From: an archaeon
Lineage (GTDB): Archaea > Nanobdellota > Nanobdellia > Pacearchaeales > GW2011-AR1
Assembly (NCBI GenBank): GCA_043810775.1
Contig: JBDRNU010000024.1
Location: 1-18,410 of the forward strand
DNA: 18,410 nucleotides
Direction of reading: 5' to 3'
This document shows, piece after piece, positions 1 to 7,432 of this stretch. How positions within the stretch are numbered: the stretch's first letter is position 1; each line of letters starts with the position of its first letter. Under the pieces are notes generated by a model. It had not been told where the DNA came from. It did no database searches and saw nothing but the letters and a program-made list of their open reading frames with translations. The position numbers and the translations under genes were made by a program.

Positions 1-137
1 TGCCCTTCTTTGAGTTCTTTTGTTGCAAGTTCTTCTAAATCAGAAACTAGATTCTTCAGGCCTTCTTCATCTTTTTGCTGGTAGAATTCTATCATTGCAA
101 TTGCAATGTCCTTTGAATTTGTTGGAGGAGCTGCCAT
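1..137 (-). CDS. Partial hypothetical protein (N-terminus only; runs off the left edge)
   Basis: Not in the ORF track. ATG at 137-135, 10 nt after the stop of 148..537. Manual translation MAAPPTNSKDIAIAMIEFYQQKDEEGLKNLVSDLEELATKELKEG stays open to position 1. Confidence 0.7.
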   Translation of the reverse strand, partial: MAAPPTNSKDIAIAMIEFYQQKDEEGLKNLVSDLEELATKELKEG

Positions 138-147
138 TTTAGTTATC

Positions 148-537
148 TCAGATTTCCTCTAAAAGACCCTCTAGTCTTTCTCGCCATCTTGCTACCCAAA
201 CTATCCAGAGTTTAGATTTAGCTTCTAAATAAGGTATATTATCTCTATTAGTAATAGCTCCAAGATAACAATTAATCATATCTTTATAGATTCCAACTGT
301 TGCTTCGTCAGCAGTTTCATTGTATGATTTTTTAAGAGTTTTAGTATTATATTTTTTCAGATCTTCATCAAGAGTCCCACATATATCGGAAAGTTTTTCA
401 TCAAATTCCTCAGGCCTGTTACTTCCAAAGCATTCTGGTCCGCAGTCCATGATATCGTATGCTCTCTGCCTAAGATACCCTAAATTCATTTTCTTAGTTT
501 TCTTTGTTGTTTTTTCCTTAACTTTTTCTTTTACCAT
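148..537 (-). CDS. Hypothetical protein, 129 aa, Lys-rich N-terminus
   Basis: ATG start 3 nt after the upstream stop, SD-like GGTGAGG at 552-546, fits operon tiling; no recognised motif. Confidence 0.75.
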   Translation of the reverse strand: MVKEKVKEKTTKKTKKMNLGYLRQRAYDIMDCGPECFGSNRPEEFDEKLSDICGTLDEDLKKYNTKTLKKSYNETADEATVGIYKDMINCYLGAITNRDNIPYLEAKSKLWIVWVARWRERLEGLLEEI

Positions 538-540
538 TTT

Positions 541-1047
541 TTATTCCTCACCTAATATAGAGACAATTTTACCTAATCTACGACCAAGGTCACTACAATC
601 TCGTATTAATCCTTCATTTTCTTTTTGGAAATCTTCTATTTTGCTCTCTCTATCAATAAGAAGGTTATGGACATCACAATATCCTGACAAAAGATCATTC
701 TTATCTTGAACAAGTTCTTGATAAGGTTTTCTTTTAAGTAATTTTACTCTAAGTGATAATCTAGGCTTGCTCTTTTTCATTATTGAATCATAGGTAAATG
801 TTTGGAGCTCATTTAATAAATATTCAAAACTACTCCCTGTTGATAGGATAATAGGCTCATCTGGGCAACCTTTTTTTATTTCAGCACGATGAGGGATAAT
901 TTTTCCATGATATTTATCTTCTTGCAGATGATATCCTACTAATAAATCGCTTTTATTAATTAGGCTCACTGTACTTCTTACAAAAGAGTTCATTCTTTCC
1001 CATTGCAATTCTTCTAATCCCATTTTATTTTTCGTAACTTTCTCCAT
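541..1047 (-). CDS. Hypothetical protein, 168 aa, probable C-terminal coiled coil
   Basis: Start overlaps the end of the NAPRTase-like gene; heptad-like C-terminus (LLIDRESKIEDFQKENEGLIRDCSDLGRRL). Confidence 0.75.
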   Translation of the reverse strand: MEKVTKNKMGLEELQWERMNSFVRSTVSLINKSDLLVGYHLQEDKYHGKIIPHRAEIKKGCPDEPIILSTGSSFEYLLNELQTFTYDSIMKKSKPRLSLRVKLLKRKPYQELVQDKNDLLSGYCDVHNLLIDRESKIEDFQKENEGLIRDCSDLGRRLGKIVSILGEE

Positions 1048-2410
1048 TTTGGTTTTTTATTTTAACTTGTTCAAAAAGAGCTTGAAGATTATCACTTATT
1101 TTAACTGGGAACACTACTTTTTCAGATATATTGAATATTTCCTGGGGGAATTTGGGTATTTGACTTAGGAAATGCTGTTTTATTTGGTCTGTTGAAGGAA
1201 GTTTCATAAGCAAGTCTCCTTCATCCATTATCTTTATTAGAAGTCCTTGATTATCAGATACTTCTTCGGCGAGAACAATCTGCCTATGAATTATTTTTCC
1301 ATCTTTAATAAAATTGCAGACTTGTTTTTTTCCAGGATAACTTACTTTTTCAGATGCTAGCTTAATTTTATACACAATCTTATTGTTTTTCTCAAGTTCA
1401 ACCATCTTAAATACAACTTCTAGTTTTGGAGCGTCTGTTGAATTTACCACTTCTGTTGCTACTATGTACAAGTCTATTTTTGCACCGGCATTAATCATTT
1501 TCTTGATTTTATATTCGTCATAATTTCCTGCTGCTATAATTTGGATGTAGTTTAATCCTTCCTTATTTAATCTTTCTCTTACTTTGATACTTTGTTCAAC
1601 ATGGTCTCCACTATCTAGGGCAATTGCTCTTAGTTTTCTTCCTGTTTTTTCTGTTTCTTTTGCAACTTGAATAAAATTTTCTAATCCTTTGTCAAAATCA
1701 TAAGTGTCTATTAATATCATGCTTCTTTCTGGATTGTATTTTGTGAATGCCCTAAAGGCTTCAATCTCATTATCAAATGATTGGATGCAGAAATGTGTAG
1801 CTGCCCAGCTTTCTTGTCTTAAATCTCCACTTTTAAATGAGTGAAAAGTCATTGAAGATGAGTCAAGACCTACCATTTTTGCTATTCTAACTGCTTTAAT
1901 TCCTGACTCTATTCCATGAGACCTTACATGAGTCATACCAATCGTACAATTCATTGCAGTAGTTCTCACTCTTGCAAATTTTGATGCAAGCATTGTTTGG
2001 TGCATTATGGTGTTGATTACAAATTGCTCCATTAAAGAAAGCTCTATTACTGTTCCTGTTATTCTCATTACAGGTTCTCCTGGAAAACAGATAGAACCTT
2101 CTGGCATTGCCCAAATATCTCCTCTAAACCTGAATTTTCTTAGATATTGCATGAAGTCGTCATCATATCCATAAACTTTTTTAAAATAGTCTAGGTGGTC
2201 TTCTGTGAATTTCATATCTTTCAAAAAATCAATTATTGAGTGGACTCCCCCCAATACATAGTAATTTCTCTTATCTGAATCTCTTATTGTTACTTCAAAT
2301 GTTGCCTTTGTATCTTGCATACCCTCTTTAAAGTATACATAAGATAGGTTTACCCTTACAGCGCTTGTGAAAAGAGGCAAGTCTTTTTTACCTATTATTT
2401 CTTTATCCAT
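1025..2410 (-). CDS. pncB: Divergent nicotinate phosphoribosyltransferase (PncB/NAPRTase family, type II PRTase) homologue
   Basis: Family motifs ATFEV.IR, FRFRGDIWAMPEG..CFPGEP, LASKFAR, H...QSF..E.EAF, LIDTYD, LDSGD, IIAAGNYDE, VFKMVE, K..SEKVSYPGKKQV. Several substrate motifs are altered, so the symbol denotes family only. Confidence 0.85.
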   Translation of the reverse strand: MDKEIIGKKDLPLFTSAVRVNLSYVYFKEGMQDTKATFEVTIRDSDKRNYYVLGGVHSIIDFLKDMKFTEDHLDYFKKVYGYDDDFMQYLRKFRFRGDIWAMPEGSICFPGEPVMRITGTVIELSLMEQFVINTIMHQTMLASKFARVRTTAMNCTIGMTHVRSHGIESGIKAVRIAKMVGLDSSSMTFHSFKSGDLRQESWAATHFCIQSFDNEIEAFRAFTKYNPERSMILIDTYDFDKGLENFIQVAKETEKTGRKLRAIALDSGDHVEQSIKVRERLNKEGLNYIQIIAAGNYDEYKIKKMINAGAKIDLYIVATEVVNSTDAPKLEVVFKMVELEKNNKIVYKIKLASEKVSYPGKKQVCNFIKDGKIIHRQIVLAEEVSDNQGLLIKIMDEGDLLMKLPSTDQIKQHFLSQIPKFPQEIFNISEKVVFPVKISDNLQALFEQVKIKNQNGESYEK

Positions 2411-2990
2411 TTTTCTCTATTAATTTATTTAATTCACCAAGCAGTTCAATAGGATCATCATAAACTTTAATAGGAGATTTTTCAACTACCTCAAATTCAT
2501 GTTGCAGTTCTTTTCTATTCCCAGGTGTTAACACATAAGTTGGGATTCCTAAGTGAGCACTAATTTGAGTTTCTAGTTTAGTTGTGCATGGTTCTCCAGC
2601 CCTAGTATATGCAATTGTTGCGTCTCCGCTAGAAAGCATCCTATTAATTCTATCCATAGCTTTTGCTCTGATATTTTCTTTAGTAGTTTGCCTTGGCTTT
2701 GGTGTAAAGCTTATGTAATCATATAACTTAATATCTCCGATTCCTAATGCTTTGTATTCATCCCATTCTTCTTTATTTGAAACAGGTGTATACGCTCTTC
2801 TAATAGTAGAAATGTTCCTTTTTCTTGCATGGTAAACAACTTGCTCTGGAAATCCAATAGTGCCTCCTGTTTCAAGAGTTAGAAATTTACTTCCACTTAA
2901 CTCAAGCAACCCTTCTGCAATTATCTTTGCAGCTTCCTTACTAAATTCTTCTTCTGCACTCTTCCTTGTTCCGCATAAATTTATTTCCAT
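2403..2990 (-). CDS. SLOG/LOG (Smf-DprA/lonely-guy, TIGR00725-like) Rossmannoid nucleotide-binding protein
   Basis: N-terminal strand INLCG, LETGGTIGFP glycine loop, R..RM...GDATIAY, T..E helix (TTKLE), LGIPTYVL and C-terminal VYDDPIELL match LOG-family architecture. Confidence 0.65.
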   Translation of the reverse strand: MEINLCGTRKSAEEEFSKEAAKIIAEGLLELSGSKFLTLETGGTIGFPEQVVYHARKRNISTIRRAYTPVSNKEEWDEYKALGIGDIKLYDYISFTPKPRQTTKENIRAKAMDRINRMLSSGDATIAYTRAGEPCTTKLETQISAHLGIPTYVLTPGNRKELQHEFEVVEKSPIKVYDDPIELLGELNKLIEKNG

Positions 2991-3051
2991 TTTTTCTAGT
3001 ACTTTATTTACTCTAAAATAGTAACATTTAAACCACTACTTAAATCTTTGC

Positions 3052-3083
3052 CGTAAAAAATTTACGTCAGATTAGCAAGATTT
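3052..3083. promoter_or_regulatory. Candidate TrmB operator in the divergent promoter region
   Basis: Inverted repeat CGTAAA-AAA-TTTACG (3052-3066) just upstream of a BRE/TATA-like AAGATTTAAAAA that lies about 22 nt before the trmB ATG. Confidence 0.45.
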
Positions 3084-3109
3084 AAAAAGTCTAATTAAAG
3101 ATAAATTAT

Positions 3110-3844
3110 ATGATTCAAGAGCTTCAAAAATTCGGATTAAGTGAAAAACAAGCGAAAGTATATTTAGCAAATCTTGAATTAGGAGAAGCAACAGCCTCTG
3201 ACATCTCAATCAAAAGCAATCTTCCAAGAACTCTTGTTTATGATCTTCTTGAAAGACTAATTGAATTAGGGTTAGAATCCTACTCAATAAAAGCTGGTAA
3301 AAAATATTTTATTCCTTCAGATCCAAAAGAATTATCACGAATTCTTAAAGAAAAGCAGCAGGCAATCACTGAAATAATGCCCAAACTAGAAGAAATCAAC
3401 AAAATAAAAGGCTTCAAACGTCCCAAAGTTGAAATCTATGAAGGACCTGAAGGAATGAAAACAGTAATGAATAAAATGCTGAATTCAGGTGCAAAGGAGC
3501 TTTTCTCATACGGAAGTTCACGTTCATCATTTGAGGTAATACCTTATTTTATGGAAAACTGGCATAGAGAAAGAATAAAAAAGAAAATCAAGGCAAGAAT
3601 GATTTACAATAATACAAAAACAGCAAGGGAAAAAGCAAGAAAATTCAAGCATACTCTCCCTTTGGCACAACATAAGTTTATGCCAATAAATCTAGAATCT
3701 CCCACAGCAACGTTAATATATGGAAATAAAGTCGTTCTTCAGTCATGGACAAAAGAGCCATTTGCAGTAGAAATTGAATCTGAACTAATGGCTCAAAACC
3801 ATAAAGAGTATTTCGAAGCACTCTGGAAAATAGCTGAAAAATGA
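3110..3844 (+). CDS. TrmB-family transcriptional regulator (N-terminal wHTH plus effector-binding domain)
   Basis: LQKFGLSEKQAKVYLANLELGEATASDIS....LPRTLVYDLLERLIELGL wHTH; VEIYEGPEG; IYGNKV; YFEALWKIA. Confidence 0.92.
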   Translation: MIQELQKFGLSEKQAKVYLANLELGEATASDISIKSNLPRTLVYDLLERLIELGLESYSIKAGKKYFIPSDPKELSRILKEKQQAITEIMPKLEEINKIKGFKRPKVEIYEGPEGMKTVMNKMLNSGAKELFSYGSSRSSFEVIPYFMENWHRERIKKKIKARMIYNNTKTAREKARKFKHTLPLAQHKFMPINLESPTATLIYGNKVVLQSWTKEPFAVEIESELMAQNHKEYFEALWKIAEK

Positions 3845-4380
3845 AAATTACAATTACAGGCAAGCATGGAGCAGGGAAAACCTCAGTTGCAAAAATCCTG
3901 GCAGAAAAATTAAATCTTAAATTTTATTATACAGGGCAGATGATGAGAGACCTGGCTAAAGAAAGAAAAAAATCACTGCTTGAACTAAGTGAGATAGCTA
4001 AAAAAGATATTTCAATTGACAAAGAAATTGACGAAAAAGTAATTAAAATAGGGGAAAAAGAAGATAATTTCATATTTGATTCAAAAATAGGATTTTATTT
4101 TATTCCAGACTCGATTAAAATCTTTCTTGACGTTGATTCAAATATTGCTGCTCAAAGAATTTTCTTTCATAAAAGGCATGATGAAAAAGAGAATATAAAT
4201 CTAGAAGAAACAGGGAAAAATATTAAAAAACGTCTGGAGTTAGAAGGAAGGTGGAAAAATATCTACAATATAGATTACCACGACAAGAAGAATTATGATA
4301 TTATTATTAATACCTCTAATCTCACAATCCAAGAAGTTGTGGGAAAAATACTAAAAGAACTGGGAAAAATCAAAAAATGA
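3841..4380 (+). CDS. cmk: Cytidylate kinase, archaeal type
   Basis: ITITGKHGAGKT P-loop, G.MMR.LAKE, IDKEID, IKIFLD, R...YNIDY.D...YDIIINTS; ATGA overlap with trmB. Confidence 0.88.
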   Translation: MKITITGKHGAGKTSVAKILAEKLNLKFYYTGQMMRDLAKERKKSLLELSEIAKKDISIDKEIDEKVIKIGEKEDNFIFDSKIGFYFIPDSIKIFLDVDSNIAAQRIFFHKRHDEKENINLEETGKNIKKRLELEGRWKNIYNIDYHDKKNYDIIINTSNLTIQEVVGKILKELGKIKK

Positions 4381-5009
4381 TTCCTAAAATCTCGCCAATT
4401 TTTGCAGATTATCGCGAAAAAAATTCGCTAGTTATAGCCGAGCTCTTCGAGCTCGGAGCAAAGCCAGAATTCACCAATTTGCTTGTTGCTGACTTTATCA
4501 TCAAAAACACTGCAATTGAGCGAAAAACAGTAAATGATTTTGTCAACAGCATGATAAATAAAAGGCTTATTAGACAGCTGGAAGAAATCAAGCAATATCC
4601 CCACTATCTGCTTGTAATTGAAGGCCTTGACCATCAGGAATTATACGACGACTCTAGTAAAGGAGTGCACGCAAATGCTATTCGTGGTTTCTTATTATCT
4701 ATCTTGCTTGAATACCAGGTTCCAATAATTTTCACAAAAGATTACAGAGACACAGCAAAATTTCTTTATATTCTTGCAAAAAAGCAAGAATCAGAGCTGG
4801 GAATTCGTGCCAAAAAAAGAGTAATGTCCCAAAAAGAACAATTGCAATTTATTCTCGAAGGATTCCCAGGAATAGGCCCAAAAACAGCAAAAAAGCTTCT
4901 TTCCAAATTTAAAACACTAAAAAAAATAATAAATTCTCCTCTAGAAGACCTTAAAAAAGAAATAGGGAAAAAAGCAGAAATCTTTAGTTTAACTGATAAA
5001 TTCTACTAG
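4377..5009 (+). CDS. xpf: Short XPF/ERCC4 structure-specific endonuclease (nuclease plus HhH2, no helicase)
   Basis: ADYRE, ADF, IERKT..DF..S....RL..Q catalytic motif, LVIEG, and HhH motif FPGIGPKTAKKLL. Confidence 0.9.
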   Translation: MIPKISPIFADYREKNSLVIAELFELGAKPEFTNLLVADFIIKNTAIERKTVNDFVNSMINKRLIRQLEEIKQYPHYLLVIEGLDHQELYDDSSKGVHANAIRGFLLSILLEYQVPIIFTKDYRDTAKFLYILAKKQESELGIRAKKRVMSQKEQLQFILEGFPGIGPKTAKKLLSKFKTLKKIINSPLEDLKKEIGKKAEIFSLTDKFY

Positions 5010-5010
5010 A

Positions 5011-5295
5011 CTAAAGGCGCCTGATAAAATAATCAACATCTACACTATAAGTAGCCTCTGAAATATCTCCATTAGTAGTAACTGAATATCTGTCTGAAAC
5101 TCCCCTTTCTCCAAAATAATTAATTACATCTTTTTTCAGACTCTCTAAAATCTCTGGTGTTGCATTGTGTAGTCTTAATACTCTTTTTTCCTGAATCTTA
5201 CCAGCCACCTTTATAAAATCACTGGCTAAATTTTCAGCTAGTTTTTCTAGTGTTTTCCTGTCAATTTCCCTATGGTTAACATCTACCTCACTCAT
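5011..5295 (-). CDS. Hypothetical protein, 94 aa, third gene of the pyrBI operon
   Basis: ATG 2 nt after the pyrI stop; fills the gap exactly to the convergent xpf stop. Confidence 0.7.
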   Translation of the reverse strand: MSEVDVNHREIDRKTLEKLAENLASDFIKVAGKIQEKRVLRLHNATPEILESLKKDVINYFGERGVSDRYSVTTNGDISEATYSVDVDYFIRRL

Positions 5296-5297
5296 TT

Positions 5298-5756
5298 TTA
5301 ATTATGCAAGTTTAATTTTAATTCCTCTCCGCTAAAGCAAGCACTGCAATAGTGGCAATTAAACATGCCCCCTTTATATCTTATTAAAGAATTAACTTTC
5401 TGGCTAGTATCATTAGTTATGCAGTTAGAATTTGCACAATATACAATGTTTCTTAATACAAGAGGAATAACTGCCTGCTTTTTCTCAACTACCTGTCCGC
5501 TCCTAATAATACTGATTGTAGCTTCAGGTGCAATCAGTGCCACTAAATTAAGCTCTTCACTGCTCAATTCTCTAGCCTCAATTTTAATAAATCCTTTTTC
5601 ACCTTTCCTGTTGCTCTTATAATGATCTCCTAAAGAAATTCTCCCAAGCTTCTGGCTGTCTGCACTTAAAATTCTAGCAACTCGCCACACAACATTTGGA
5701 GGTAAGTGATCTATAACAATCCCGTTTTCAATGTATCCTATTATTCTTTTATCCAT
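5298..5756 (-). CDS. pyrI: Aspartate carbamoyltransferase regulatory subunit
   Basis: IENGIVIDHL, K..IKIE, ALIAPEATISIIR, Zn ligands CANSNC and CHYC; adjacent to pyrB. Confidence 0.96.
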   Translation of the reverse strand: MDKRIIGYIENGIVIDHLPPNVVWRVARILSADSQKLGRISLGDHYKSNRKGEKGFIKIEARELSSEELNLVALIAPEATISIIRSGQVVEKKQAVIPLVLRNIVYCANSNCITNDTSQKVNSLIRYKGGMFNCHYCSACFSGEELKLNLHN

Positions 5757-6711
5757 TTTTTAAAGCGCCTGTAACCAAGGCAATTAACGCTTTTCTTACA
5801 TACAGTCCATTTTCAGCCTGCTTAAAATAATGAGCATAAGTCATATCATCTACATCTCTTTCAATTTCATCTACTTTCGGAAGAGGGTGCATAATCTTAA
5901 AACCAGATTTTAAATTCACACTGCCAAGAATTTGCTTTGTAAGGTGGTATTTATTGCTTATTCTTAAATACTCTTCTTCACCTTCCAGCCCTTCAGGAAA
6001 TCTCTCCCTCTGAATCCTAGTCATATATAAAATCTCAGCATCTGGAAGAACTCTCTTCAAGTCATCTAGTGAAAATTCCCGATACTTTAGCCCTAACCTA
6101 GATAATTCATCTAACAAAAAATGAGGCATTCTCAAGCTTTCCGGAGACACAAAAAAAACCTCGCACTCCTTATATTTTGACAAAGCTAAAGCTAAAGAAT
6201 GCACAGTCCTGCCATATTTTAAATCTCCAGCCATTATAATTTTTACACTATCAATTCCTCCTCTGACAGCCCTAATAGTGTACAAATCAAGCAAAGTCTG
6301 AGTAGGATGCTGGTTCTGGCCATCTCCAGCATTAATTACTGGGGAAGTCATTATATCTGCAACTAATCTGGCTGAACCGTCTTTTTTATGCCTCATTACA
6401 ACAACACTTGGCTTATATCCCTCAATCATCTTTGCAGTGTCAGTTAAAGTCTCGCCTTTCTTAATAGAGCTTGCTTCAACATCAAAATCCAGGATACTTC
6501 CACCCATATGGAGCATGGCTGACTGAAAACTTGAGAAAGTCCTTGTGCTTGGCTCAAAAAACAAAGGAGCCATTATTTTTCCTTTCATAATATTATCATA
6601 TTTCGCAGGATTTTTCTCTATATCTCCGGCCAAATCAAGAATAAAATCTATTTCCTCTTTTGTTAACTCATTTATAGATATAATATCTTTCCTAATAAAT
6701 GATTCTTCCAT
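5749..6711 (-). CDS. pyrB: Aspartate carbamoyltransferase catalytic subunit
   Basis: FFEPSTRT, KGETLTDT, VMRH, INAGDG..QHPTQTLLD, GDLKYGRTVHS, YMTRIQRER, MHPLP. Confidence 0.98.
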   Translation of the reverse strand: MEESFIRKDIISINELTKEEIDFILDLAGDIEKNPAKYDNIMKGKIMAPLFFEPSTRTFSSFQSAMLHMGGSILDFDVEASSIKKGETLTDTAKMIEGYKPSVVVMRHKKDGSARLVADIMTSPVINAGDGQNQHPTQTLLDLYTIRAVRGGIDSVKIIMAGDLKYGRTVHSLALALSKYKECEVFFVSPESLRMPHFLLDELSRLGLKYREFSLDDLKRVLPDAEILYMTRIQRERFPEGLEGEEEYLRISNKYHLTKQILGSVNLKSGFKIMHPLPKVDEIERDVDDMTYAHYFKQAENGLYVRKALIALVTGALKNG

Positions 6712-6735
6712 TAAAATTTTAATAAACTTTTAGAA

Positions 6736-6743
6736 TATATAAA
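6736..6743 (-). promoter_or_regulatory. TATA box of pyrB operon
   Basis: Minus-strand TTTATATA ending 24 nt before the pyrB ATG, typical archaeal near-leaderless spacing. Confidence 0.55.
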
Positions 6744-6821
6744 TAAAATTATACTTGAAAGACTATTTTTGATTACCAAAAATATATAAAGACTAAAAGT
6801 CTTTCTTATTTATATTTCTAA

Positions 6822-7358
6822 TTATTTTAGCTTTATTTTTAAAATATCTTCATAAAAAGGTCCTTTCTCAGTTAAGGTAGACTTTCTAAATTTAACTTCG
6901 CTTACCTCAAATTCAATTTCATTCACCTTTAAGTTATTAAAAAAATCTATAAAAGATGGTTTATCTCTGATTTTTTTGACTCTTGCAACAGTTACATGGG
7001 AAGACATTCTTTTTTCTCTGGGAAATATATCTGCAAGAATATTATCTATCTCAATTTGTAATTTTTCAAGTTGCTCCCCTTCCAAACCTATCCACAATAC
7101 TCTTACAAAACTAGGTGAAAAAAAACCAGCACCTTTTAATCTGACTTTAAACTTCTTAAAATTCAATTTTCCTAGGGCTTTTTTAACTTTATCAACTTCA
7201 ATCTCACTTAACTCACCTAAAAACTTAGAGGTTAAATGCAAATTTTCAGGCTCAACAAACTTGCCCCTTATGATATCAGAATCATATATTAGCTTAGAGA
7301 CTCTTTCAACTTCTTTTTTCGCTTTTTCGCTTAATTCAATACTTATGAAAGCCCTCAT
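6822..7358 (-). CDS. thpR: RNA 2',3'-cyclic phosphodiesterase (2'-5' RNA ligase, 2H family)
   Basis: MRAFISI start, two HxT motifs (NLHLTSKFLG, SHVTVARVK), RVLWIG, STLT..GP.Y; TATA-like TTTATATT at 7389-7382. Confidence 0.93.
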   Translation of the reverse strand: MRAFISIELSEKAKKEVERVSKLIYDSDIIRGKFVEPENLHLTSKFLGELSEIEVDKVKKALGKLNFKKFKVRLKGAGFFSPSFVRVLWIGLEGEQLEKLQIEIDNILADIFPREKRMSSHVTVARVKKIRDKPSFIDFFNNLKVNEIEFEVSEVKFRKSTLTEKGPFYEDILKIKLK

Positions 7359-7432
7359 ATGTAAGAATTAGAAGTAACTAAAATATAAAAAACTTTGTAA
7401 TTTTTTGACTGCTTAAAAAATTATATTTTTTA

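Noticed and set aside
320-709. Plus-strand 129-aa ORF
   Set aside because: Antisense shadow of two minus-strand operon genes; TTG start and Ser/Phe/Leu-rich composition.
1-2990. Assignment of the SLOG/PRTase operon to a known system such as Thoeris or phage NAD-reconstitution pathways
   Set aside because: No TIR, SIR2, Macro, PRPP-synthetase or NMNAT motifs are visible, and the PRTase resembles NAPRTase rather than NAMPT.
4975-5009. Possible PCNA-interacting motif at the XPF C-terminus (EIFSLTDKFY)
   Set aside because: Poor match to the Qxx[LIM]xxFF consensus; cannot be supported.
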